From positions 9,873,097 to 9,937,096 of the forward strand of contig CM082598.2 in assembly GCA_040954595.2 (NCBI GenBank): a stretch of DNA of 64,000 bases, read 5' to 3'. Source of the DNA: Balanoglossus misakiensis (lineage: Eukaryota; Animalia; Hemichordata). Numbering within the stretch: position 1 is the stretch's first letter; every line of letters starts with the position of its first letter. The notes under the pieces are model-generated. The model searched no databases. It worked only from the letters and a program-made list of their open reading frames with translations, and was not told where the DNA came from. The position numbers were made by a program, and so were the translations under genes. Below are positions 1 through 11,300 of the stretch, piece by piece.

Positions 1-1827
1 CCAACTCAAAGTGTGTTCCCACATCCTGGTATGCTTTTATATTACGCACTGGTTTCCACTGGTTTCAAAGCTGTAAGACTCACAGGCGGTACCATAGTAG
101 CGCTTTTACTTATAGGATGACTCTGCAAAAACTGGAAAAGTGTGGATTTTGTCGGATCTTCCATTCATTTGATGTGGAACAACAAATGGGACAAGTTGGC
201 GAAATGTGTTGTTGATTTTCAATCGCACCATGAAGCCTATTTTAACCTAATTTGCATAAATGTCAGAGGGGGTCCTTCTGGCACTTTGACTCATTTTTAC
301 CCCCATTGTTTCGTCTTTTTGTAAAGAATAATTATTTTTTCATGGTCGAACCGAAGGATTGATTACGGTACATCCTTTAATACTGTTTAAAACAACTGTC
401 TTTGTTGGCTGTTTTTACTTTTTCATGCCAGTTAGTTGTGTGTGTGTGTGATGTGTGTGGTAGAGAGTGTGTGTGTATTTACAAACGTACATGACTGCAT
501 GGCCATTCACTCATTTTGCCCTAGTGAAGGACATGTTGTGATTCCACAAGTCACAAGAGAATTTTTAACCTGTACATGAAAAAAGAACACCACAAACTAC
601 TCATGCTACTAGAATTCTCAGTGTCACTGATTTCACACAGGGAGTCAACATTGTAATGAACCTTTGATAGAAACAATGTATAAGCATTGAAACAATGTTA
701 TCACCCACACCATGGTGGGCGGAAGTTGCTCCTGGCGCTTTTTTTCCCATGATTCAAATTACAGTAAACGCCATATTGGAAATTCCCTAGATTTTGTAAA
801 AAATCGCGCGACCCATACATGGCGAATATGTTTTTTTCTGAAAGAGAGACATCAAAGCTACCAAATTATGTAGAAATCAGCTACAGCGGATTTCCCCTTT
901 AAATAATGTGTGTTAGGCGCTAACTGCAAACAATGCCAAGTGGGTGAGCTGTTTCACACCTTTGTAACACTGTTGCAACACACAGGTTAACGCACAAGTT
1001 AAAGCAGGTTAATGCGCAGGTTAACACATGCTGACCCATTAAAAATACTTCATCAACAAGTTGTTAGCAAATTGGAAAGCTATTCCTAAGCTGCACTGTA
1101 CTTATATAGTTCGTTTGCTGAGAAATTGAGAAATTTCCTGTCAAAGTTATTGTATTCGCTGGTCACATGCTCTCTCTGATTCGTTTAAAGTGGGAAATGG
1201 TGTACGTCAAGGTGGAATTCTTTCGCCTTTTCTTTTTAATGTTTATGTTGATAAGCTGAACGTAAGGCTGTCAAATGCCGCTGTAGGTTGTGAGATAGCA
1301 GGACTTACGTTGAACAACCTGTCCTACGCAGACGATATGTGTCTAATTGCACCGTCAGTTAAACGTTTGCGTAAGCTGATTCAGATCTGTCAACTCTACG
1401 CTGAAGATCATGATATCAAGTATAACACGCGAAAATCGAAATGCATGCATTTTGAATCGTCGATTAAGCTTTCAAGTATTCCATCAGTTAAAGGTCCCAT
1501 GCCATGCCCTATACAACCACGCGTAAAATCACTATTTGGGTCTTGAAGTTAACGTATGTTACTATCTTGCAATGCGTTTTGCCCCTTGTGCTTAGATAAC
1601 AAGCAAGTAAAAGTGGCGGGTGGGCGTGTACCCCTAACCCAACTCAGTCGAGTTTTTTCGGCTTTTCGAAGTTCAGTCGAAGGCTTATCTTGATATGGAC
1701 AAATACATGTAGTCTTTCACACCTTCGCAAATCCTCTGCCAGTAATGTGAAACAAGGGCTTCCTTTGCTTTGACCGTGTACACTTAGGGCAACTTCTCAT
1801 TCAGTCTCCTACTACGGTCATGACACC

Positions 1828-2130
1828 ATGGTAACGTTGTTCTTTTGGAGGTTGTGCCAACAAAGGCAGTTCCGATGTCTCACTTTATAGTTTTCCATCA
1901 AATGTTTCTCAACGATCTCAGTGGTCAGAGGCAGTCAAACAGACTCGGCCCGATTGGGATGGTCCAAAGCCGTACAGCGTTGTTTGCAGCGAACACTTTC
2001 CGGAAGAGTCATTCCATAGCGGAAAGCAGAACGACGTTCTTACTCTAGCTCGCGCTTTTGTAGCCGATCAGTATGGCTACAAACGTCGACCCAAGTTGAA
2101 AAGCAACGCTGTACCCAGTCCGACAATTAC
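1828..2130 (+). pseudogene. THAP zinc-finger domain, N-terminus of Kolobok transposase (frameshifted just after ATG, truncated)
   Basis: Manual translation RCSFGGCAN...SLYSFP...QWSEAV...VCSEHF...LKSNAVPS has the C2CH, FP, W and AVP signatures of THAP; not in the ORF track. Confidence 0.85.
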
Positions 2131-2223
2131 AAGATTGTCATCAGAAAATCAAACAATGTGGCTTTTTCCGAAATTTATTCCGACTAGCCTAGAAAAATAA
2201 TATACGAGTCAGTAACGAGTGTA

Positions 2224-2448
2224 TCACGAAATAGCCAAGGACAAGCTTTGGCCACCACCCGCACCTTGTCCTTCCGAGTCGGACTCCGACTCTGATTCGG
2301 AACAACTTGTCCCGGACGCCTGGGGTTCAAATTGGTATGGCTGTGCGCCATCAAACCAATTCTTGTCAAAATCACTGTCTGAATTCTGGTTAACATTGTC
2401 CTGAGGCTCGGAGCAATGGGATAAATCACTGTCGCTGGAGTCCTCCAT
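2224..2448 (-). pseudogene. N-terminal remnant of KolX (P2X7-cytoplasmic-tail-like) accessory protein
   Basis: Acidic Ser/Asp-rich ORF with QPYQFEP motif, facing the THAP ORF inside the TTAA element. Confidence 0.65.
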
Positions 2449-3586
2449 GACGACCCTTGGTTTAATAGGTTCGCTGGTGTGGCTTCCTTACAAGTGTTTA
2501 TTTTGCGCCTGCCAACGCTGTTTATATAGCTTGTCTTTGTCTGTGGACTTGATTACGCATAGACCGCTAATTACACCTTACTGTTAACAGAATGGTACAC
2601 TACGACGTAGTGTACTTGTTTGTCCATATGCAAATACCTTCGCCTGGCTCGAGTGCGAAGTGGCTCCCTGATCACAGGCATGAAAAAAGGTGGCAAATTC
2701 CGGCATACGTGCACATTTTTCGGAACCGACACAATAGGCAATGCATAGACAGGTACCCTAGGTGAGCTTTTGACGTGGAAAAATGAAAACTTTCCAAAGC
2801 ATGACATGGGACCTTTAATCTCTGTGAGACTACTCTTGAATTTGTTTGTAAATTTACTTATCTTGGGCATATTTTCTCTCATGATTTATCTGATAATGAG
2901 AACATTCTAAAACAACGTAGAGCATTGTGTGGAAGGGCTAATTTTCTCCTTAGAAAGTTCAATTCGTGTTCTGTCGACGTGAACTTGCATCTTTTTAATG
3001 CTTTTTGTAATAACATTTATGGCTCTCATTTATGGTGCGATTTTGATTTGTACAACATCCGGAATATCATCGTATGTCACAACAATGCACTTCGAAGACT
3101 ACTTGGTCACCCAGGACGCGAAAGTGCCTCTAAAATATTTGTTTTAAACGCCGTAAACTGCTTCTTCAATATGAGAAGAAAAGTCGCTTTTAATTTTTCT
3201 GTTCGTCTCTGTGCTAGTCCCAATGTCTTGATCAATCGCCTTGTGTCATGTGATATGCGCTTTATGGTCTACATGCCCACTGGATGGACATTTTACATTG
3301 ATTCTTATGAGTGTTTTTTTTAAATTTATTTTATTTATTAGTTTTCTAGTGTTTTTTTGCCAGTTTTTTTGTAACTATTATCTATGGATGGTTGTGTCTG
3401 AAATAAAGATTAATAATAATAAAAATAATAAGTAGGCAATATCATAATGGCAACACGCACAGTCAAGTAGGGCAGATAAAAGAGATCGTAAGAAGTGTGC
3501 TGTGATGCTGAAAAGCCAAAGGTCATTGACGGCGCCCTCTGCAGAGGGCAACATGTTAACTTCCGGTAGTTCTACGCAAGCGCAGG

Positions 3587-3925
3587 ATTTGAAGAACAAG
3601 GATGAAATCGAAGAACAAGAATGTAATTTGACGAAAGCAAAAATGAAATCGAAGAACACAAAAATAATTTGATGAAAGCAAAAATGAAATCGAAGAACAC
3701 AAAAATAATTTGATGAAAGCAAAAATGAAATCGAAGAACAAGAATGTAATTTGACGAAAGCAAAAATGAATTCGAAGAACAAGAATGTAAATTGACGAAA
3801 GCAAACGTGGATTTGAAGAACAAGAATATAGATTTGAAGAACAAGAATATAAATTTGAAGAACACAAGTATAGATTTGAAGAACACAAATATAGATTTGA
3901 CCAAAGCAAACGTGAAATTGGAGAA
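3587..3925. repeat. A-rich minisatellite (21-45 bp units, gaagaacaagaatgtaatttgacgaaagcaaaaatgaaatc and derivatives)
   Basis: Visible tandem units; explains three overlapping low-complexity minus-strand ORFs. Confidence 0.85.
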
Positions 3926-5120
3926 TAAAAATAACATTATACAATGTTCAAGAAAATAGTTTTTCAAGAATATTGCAACGTTTGGCTTGCCATAGACAAG
4001 GTTGCGAATTTCCTGTGTTATATCAAGGAAAATGACCCAGAAGCCCTACTTGCTTTGTTATGTCTAATGGCTTCTGCGTGCATAAATTATAGCGCCGACA
4101 CGTGCCAAGTTTGTGGCCTAGGTTACCGCACATACATCACTGTGCGTCCTGCTACAGCATACAAGCGCACGTACGCGTACATGTGTACAGGGCGCCCGAC
4201 CGGCCAACCTTGACAAGGCGCCCCAGATAGCCTAGCCCGCTGTTATCTTTCAATGGATTTTTTTTGCGCGCATGTCAGGCAACTGTGACAAAATATTTGC
4301 CCGCAAACATTGTAGTTTTGCGTGAAAACGCAAGAAATATGCGTGAACGCGAGCCCTGGTTCATGTTTTGAAAACAGCAAATACTGCCGGTTTTGGCACA
4401 TATTGCAAAAATTATTCAGATACATGTAACATGGATGCTGGCTACATCACAATTGCACTTTCAGAGATCAATCGCTCAAATTAAAGAGAGAATATCGAGA
4501 AATTTCCGAAAAATATTACACTTAATCATGATTCCGCGTAGAAGCGTCGCTTGCCATTCCGAACGTCTGATCTACACGTACGCCACGTCTGCTTATCACG
4601 TGATCGAACATATTTACGTGTAATTAAACCTCTCTAGTGTTTCCTATGAACCCCCATGTGCGTCTTAATCCAGTATCATTATTTTGCGGGTCAGCGGGTC
4701 AAAGTGGGGGCCTATTTGCTGGTCACCCAATAAATGATAGAAATGTGACTTCTGTATATGTGCAACAAAGTGGGGGCCTATTTGCTGGTCACCCAATAAA
4801 TGATAGAAATGTGACTTCTGTATATGTGCAATTGTTTCTTGGAATAAAATGAACCTAAGGCTAAAATATAACCCAAGTTCCTTTAAGACCATAATAACTT
4901 TCTTGAATACCTTGAAAAATACAACATCTTTGTCAATAATTTCAATGGAATCGACCGAGGATGCTGGCTGCCGAGCGGGTCATGTAATGTTGTGCGGGTC
5001 ATGCGGGTTGCGGGCCACGGCAGGCCACTACTTTCTGACCAGTTTTCAGGTTGCGGGCCAGTGCAGGTCACTGCAGGCCACTTTTAAGTCCTCGAATTTC
5101 ACAAAGCTCAAGGGATAACA

Positions 5121-5785
5121 CATTATTATACACCTACTGCTGTAACCTATGGAGTTCCGTAATACAATAATTCGCGGTATCACCGTACAATAATTATTCA
5201 AATGAGGACGCGGAGTCCCATAACCCACAGGGTTATGGGACTCCGCGTCCTCGGATTGGTGATCAATGTAAACAATGATGATATTAACCCTACTCTGACG
5301 AAAATTTATATAAAAAGTACACAGCCGTTATTAAACAAAATTATTGGTGACCCAAGATGCGAAATAAGTCAAAATCCACGCTGAAATTTCAGTCAAAGGA
5401 ATCTGTGAACGAACAGGCGAGCGCGTTCATTTCAAGTTCCAGAACGAGCTCAGCGCAAGCAGCGTAGAACGTCGCGCGCGAGACAGGCAGTTTGACACTA
5501 GCATCACCTGTTGCGCGAGGTGAAGGCGCGTTCGATATGCAAATTACATCATGGCGGCGTCTGAAAACTAGAAAGTCCGATAGCGGCCTATTTATTCTTT
5601 ATCGTTCATCAAGGACGTCCGGAAAAGGTGTATAATAATAAGGTTATTCACAAAATACCGGGATTTATGTCCTCGTACATCGTACGCTTCGGTATTGTCC
5701 TCGACGCTGCGCGTCTCGGACAATACCTGCGCTGCACGATGTACTCGGACATAAATCCCGGTATTTTGTGAATAACCTTATATTA
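5121..5785. mobile_element. Non-autonomous element with subterminal inverted repeat plus terminal ~145-bp hairpin (Crypton-like architecture)
   Basis: attattatacacct (~5122) pairs with aggtgtataataat (~5626), immediately followed by the palindrome ataaggttattcacaaaataccgggatttatgtcc...ggacataaatcccggtattttgtgaataaccttat. Confidence 0.6.
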
Positions 5786-5894
5786 TGAAAATCAAATCCC
5801 TTCATATGTCAAAAAAATGTGGAAAAACCAACAAGGCTTTGTAGGGAAACAGTATATTTTTAAAATGGGTGGTAGCTTAGCGGAAAAAGACCAT

Positions 5895-6809
5895 GTAGAT
5901 TACTACTATGATAACCAAATTCATTATCGATTTCCGTTTTGCCACTATACGTTCACTGATGCAACACTTCTGTGACAATGTGGCAGCCTGGAGAGTAATA
6001 ATAATAAATACCACATGTGTACAGTGCACATACTGTACGTATGTACGCGTAAAACATATTATATGGGGTTAGGTTGAGAGCGTGACACGCAGCTCGAGTC
6101 ATAGATGCAATCATGACAATCTTTTACAATACAGATCATTATACTACATGCATATGAACAACGATACTAAGGAATAAGATCACCCATGTCGGACATCTTG
6201 ACTGCATGGCGGGAAAGCAAGACGTCACTGGTGGCAGTGCCACTACACGACCCGCTCGGCAGCCAGCATCCTCGGTCACCGGTCGATTCCACTGTAATTA
6301 TTGACAAAGATGTATTTTCCACGAAAGTTATTATGGTCTAAAAGGAAATGGGGATATATTTTGGGTTCATTTTATCCCAAGAAACAATTGCACATATATA
6401 CAGAAGTCACATTTCTATCGTTTTTTGGGCGACCCTCAAATTGGCCCGCACCTTGACCCGCTGACCTGCAAAATAACGATACTAGCCAGCTGTGACGTCT
6501 TGCTTTCTGCCATCCTGTCAAGATGTCCGATCGAGCGATCTCATTCTTGAGTACAGTATCGTTGTTCATATGCAAAGTCTAATGATTTGTTTTGTAAAAG
6601 TTTGTCGTGATTGCATCTATGACTCTAGCTGCGTTTCACGCATTCAAGTTTCAACCTGACCCTATGTAATATTTTCTACGCACTGTACATGTGGTATTTA
6701 TTATTAGTACTCTCCAGGCTGCAACGATTGTCACAGAAGTATTGCACCAGTGAACGTATAGTGGCAAAACGGAAATCGATAAGGAATTTAGTTATAGTAG
6801 TAATCTACA
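5895..6809. mobile_element. Foldback/MITE-like element with ~330-bp imperfect inverted repeats
   Basis: 5895-6228 is the reverse complement of ~6492-6809; the spacer 6250-6485 matches 4672-4978 in inverted orientation. Confidence 0.7.
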
Positions 6810-7687
6810 GACCCGCCAATGAGTATTTACGCACCCATGTTCTGCAGTGAAAACGTTTGAGAAACACGAAATAACACACCTTGCTGACAGTTTTTAGCGA
6901 AAATTAAAAAATATTTAATAAATTCACATGAAATTATAATAACAGTCGTACAGCGATTAAATTTGAGTCAGCGAAACATTCCATTCTCTATGGGAACAAC
7001 AATGAAAAGAATGTCATGAATATTCATGAAGTTAAATCGATCGAACCAACTGTAAATAATGGGTATGTCCACCCTTCTCCTGATGACCTCTTGCAGGTGC
7101 TTCGGCATACATGTAAAGGGGCAAAGGTGATATATGTCCTCCAAAACATTGTTGAGTTATTTTGCTTTTGAGTTCATTAAAATGCAGCTTTGAGCTCTGT
7201 ATTTTTTTTTTTATAAAATTTTCTAATGTGCGAGGGGAACTCCCACTCCCACCACTTCGCTTGATTCACTATTTCTGCCAACTATCGTAATGACTTGTAC
7301 TTTTAGTTTATTCATATCTTATTGATATTATTTAAATGTAAGCATATATGCAAATTGTCACTGTTATTCATTCGCTAAATTTTTGAAAGTTGGCACTCAT
7401 TTTTCAATATTCAATGGGGGGGGGGGGGGTCACCCACTTTTTGATATCCACAAAATAGAATCCCCCACCCCCACCCCCACTCTGAAGAAACAGACAAGTC
7501 CCTTATGGACAACTAAAACACTGTACAGTGTGGGCAAGTAGATTTATCATACGGGCAAGCAATACTTAAGCGCCCTGAAAAGTTTTTGACTCCGTGAAAA
7601 TTAATTGTTACGTTTAACACTAACACTTGCCTCTTTTGATACTGCAAAAATTATTTGTCGTAAAAAATAACGGTTTACAGTAATTAA

Positions 7688-8196
7688 AGGGGCATTACAT
7701 GTAGCTGTAACTTTTGGCTTTTATTCCAGTATTTTTGTTCTCTGTATCAAATGCAATTCCTGTTCTACTCTAAACAGCATGCTAATATACCCAGTACGCC
7801 ACATCTCAACGTCACCGGTATGTGTGTAACAACTACTGTTATTGTTGACAAGTGAATTCTAGTCTGGACTTGAATTTAAATTTTGCACAATAACAATGCT
7901 GACTATACACAAATGTGTTGTGTTGATAAGCTAAATGCTGGACATTTCACCATGTTTCAGAAAGTGAACTAGAAAATGCAGTAGGTACACAAAACAAAAA
8001 TCCTGAAATCATAGCGAAAAGTTACAACTAATGGAGCTTTAAAACCTCTAGAGCTGCCACGTTTTGCATTATTATCATGATTTTATTTTCCAACTTAAAT
8101 TGGTCCATCTAAATAATCTTACTGATAGGTATACAACACCCTGTTGAGGTATTTTAATGTGGAAAAAATATGTGTAATTTGGCAGCTATTGGGGCT
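7688..8196. mobile_element. Two adjacent degenerate TTAA-flanked (Kolobok-type) MITEs, about 7688-8038 and 8043-8196
   Basis: ttaa-aggggcatta..gctgtaactttt / aaaagttacaactaatggagct-ttaa, then aacctctagagctgcc / ggcagctattggggct-ttaa. Confidence 0.5.
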
Positions 8197-8234
8197 TTAA
8201 CAACAAACATTACAATTTGCATTGCTTTCCACAG

Positions 8235-8311
8235 GTATTTGCTGTAAGATCCAGGGGTGCAACAGGAGTGGTTGTCAAAGGTCCAGATGGGAAGACACCC
8301 ATAAGTTTTAG
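8235..8311 (+). CDS. RMC1: RMC1 exon (VFAVRSRGATGVVVKGPDGKTPISFR)
   Basis: ttccacag acceptor, AG/gtgagt donor, 77 bp, ends in phase 2. Confidence 0.93.
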
Positions 8312-11300
8312 GTGAGTACTTTTTAGCTCCACTGTCAACAACATGCAGCTTGTCACCTGTCAGGTCGATTGTACATTGTCATCCCTCGTACACCTGTCCA
8401 TCCATCCATCCATATCTTGTCCATCTATCAACAATTTACTTCTCAAAAAGTTCTGGTCATACATCTGTAAAATTAGGCATGCAGGTCCCTTGGGATGATC
8501 AGATTTATTAGCTCAAATCAAAAAGTCATTTTATAAGTCGCTGCAGTATTATAAGACGCACCCCTTCTTTGAAAGACTTGTGTGGGAGGAGATTTTCAGA
8601 AAATGGAAACAACATAACATCGGTATTATAAGTCGCACCCCCATTTCGGCACACACTGTCACTCATAAAAGGCGCGTCTTATAAAATGACTTTAACGGTA
8701 CATGTATGCAAATAGAAGCTGTTTATATAGGCTGGAAAATGTCCATCTGTCTATCTGTAGAAGCTGTTTATGTCTGTATATGCAGGGGTGCGTTCGACGT
8801 ACGAAGCGTTCGGTAACGTTCGGAAACGTTTTCATGTCGAACGATCTTTTGTCATCGTTTTTCGCGAACGTTTTGTAACAATGGAAGGCGTAAGACGGAG
8901 GTGACTCGCGGCGAACAACTCATTAATTCAAAATGGCGGACATGTAAGCCAAAGTACGACTCACAGGGCATATTTTCGAAGAAGTTGCAGAATATTTGTC
9001 GATTTAGGTAGTGATAGTTTTACCAAGCGAAAGCTTGTATTTTTCCCCATCAATACACCAATTCACATGAATTGTGCCGCTACTGTCTTGTGTAAAATGG
9101 TTTAAAAGTGGTATGCACTTCCAGAATCATGTCCTTGTATGCGCACCGGGACGTTCTTGCTGACGGCCGCTGCTGATACTATATCAAGGGAGGATGTTCG
9201 GTTTAAGTTAGCAGCGGCTTGTTGGTTTGTATCCACATCGTCAATGCCGACGCTATCGTCCATAAATTGTTGCACAAGTAGCATGCAGGCTTGTCGCTTT
9301 ATATATGCCGCCATTTTGCCTTTCACGCCCCCAATTGACAAGCCTATCGTTCGACGAAGTACAAAAGCGCCCCGTGCAAGCATTCACAAAACGCTTTGTG
9401 CGTCGAACGCACCCCAGGGTTCTGCCCAGCCAAAGCAAAGTGGTGGTCACGCTCATGAATATTAATGAGATTATTAATATTCATTAGCTCGATGTACATT
9501 GTAAAGTGTTATCGACCTTACCTAATTACGTGACCTTTGACAGTATGCATCCTTCCTTTGCTTTGTAAACCCGGAAGACAGGCAATTTTTCACCGGACAT
9601 TTTCATGACGGCGACATCAACAATGATGACGAATTTTTGGGGTTTCGAAGAATACAATTTTATACCGATTGAGGCCATTACTAATCCCGACCGTGACAAC
9701 AACTTCGGAGCCGATCTCAAGCATGGGTGGTCGCGTGCGATCGCGGGACCCAGCCGGCTACGTCGAGCTGTGACCTAATGTACCGCGCACGGTCAGTCGA
9801 ACGGGCGCGACCTTGTTTTCGATAGTTTAGCGGGTGTCTTTGTTGACTTTCTCCTCCCATTTCCGCCGAAAAAGAAAATTTCTCACGCCAAAAACCGCGT
9901 ATCACAGAAAACAATAGCAATGGTCGCGACCTTTTTGTTCTGGTCGCCTGAGAGTGGCGGGCGACCGGCGCCGACCACCGTGGGCAGAACCCTGTTATAA
10001 CGAAAATACTGTAAAGTGTAAAGTGCCGCGTATCGCCCGACGCATAGCGGAGAGCGATGCTTTGTGCCAATGTTATAGTTTCAGCTTATGTAAATTCTTC
10101 ACCAAGAGGAGAGACGGACTTGACTAGTGCGTTTGCTCTATTTTCCAACCTCCTATTCACTTTACAATGTCTGTATATTTTCTTGTACTCTTACTATTCA
10201 ATGTAAAAAAGGAAATGAAGTGAATAAATTGAATTGAATTGAATTGAATCAAATTGAAATTGAATATCACAACACAGCATTTAGAATGAGCAGAATCAAA
10301 CCCTCAGTAGCCCACAAGGCCCTGACACTACCAATTCTGCAGTGGGGGACATATCATTCACAATGACTTGTTATGTATAATATGAGGCATTGTGTGGCCA
10401 AGTTTTTAGGGTACTAGACTCACAGGGTTGTGTGTTTGAGACCCAGACCTACACATGGCCATTGATTTTCTATCTGAGGATGGTGTCTCCTGTCGCGATT
10501 GGATGTTGTGCCCTTAAGCAAGGCACTTTTAATTTTCATTGCTTCTCCCTTGCCAAGTTGATGGTACCTCTTCCTGTTATTATTGGGTACTTAGGTCCCA
10601 TTGGTATGTACCATGGGACCTTATGGGATCGGTTGCGTCTGTACATGTATGTATGGATGTATGTATGTATGTATGTATGTCCGTCCACATCAAAAACTTG
10701 AAAACCGCTGCGCATATGACCTCAATATTTGGTGTGTAGATGCAGGCAGGGCTGTAGATGGGAGTTTGTTCAAATGAAGTTGTCATTGCCGAAAATATGC
10801 AAATTAGCGGGGAAAATGTGAAATTGGTCAAAACTCAAAAACTCGTCAACCACTGGTCAGATTGATTTGAAAATTGGTATGCATGTACCTTATGTCAACC
10901 TCATACAGTCCTGTATGTTTTGAGCTAATGTTATCGATTTCCTATTTTTTATGCATTTTTTTGTATTTTTCCATGTTATTGGTAAAAAAGTCTTCATTTC
11001 TGAGAGTGATGGGCTTACTTCTTTGAAATTTAGTATGAAGCTTCCTAATGGTTGTCTGATTAACCATAGTTTTGTTCAAATTGTTGCAAAATTTGCATAT
11101 TTATAATTTTGACCATTATTTGCCATTTTTGGTCAATTTTTTTTTCTTTAAAACCGCCTGCCAGATTGCTTTGCAATGTGGTAGGCATAGGGGTAACCTA
11201 AGTAATATGTTGTAAAAAAATGTGATATTTGCATAAATGTGTTATCGGGGAAACTTTTGCAATTTTTGTCAAAAATTGTTTTCTCTGAAACCACTTGTCA

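Larger units (their letters stand above)
1492..2814 (+). mobile_element. Internally deleted Kolobok DNA transposon
   Basis: TTAA duplicated at 1488-1491 and 2815-2818; TIR aggtcccatg(c/t)catgc; convergent THAP (+) and KolX-like (-) remnants. Confidence 0.85.
1085..3432 (+). mobile_element. 5'-truncated non-LTR retrotransposon (RT C-terminal half), split by a Kolobok insertion
   Basis: GVRQGGILSPFLFNVY and YADD motifs (1190-1490). Removing 1492-2818 rejoins the frame as IPSVNLCETTLEFVCKFTYLGH...GRANFLLRKF. Ends in aataaa plus a (TAA)n-like tail near 3405-3432. 5' boundary approximate. Confidence 0.88.

Noticed and set aside
1-902. Possible right end of a TTAA element (…ttcccct-ttaa at ~898)
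   Set aside because: Partner terminus not visible in the window, so not supportable as a feature
3378-3967. Long hydrophobic ORFs (188, 131, 117 aa)
   Set aside because: Translations of an A-rich minisatellite that lacks stops on the minus strand
1-8234. RMC1 first coding exon (expected ...FFDEANKQ-like end); ATG contexts such as catcATGGCGGCG at ~5531
   Set aside because: No matching peptide found; that ATG hits a stop within seven codons and lies in a repeat. The exon is probably upstream of the window.
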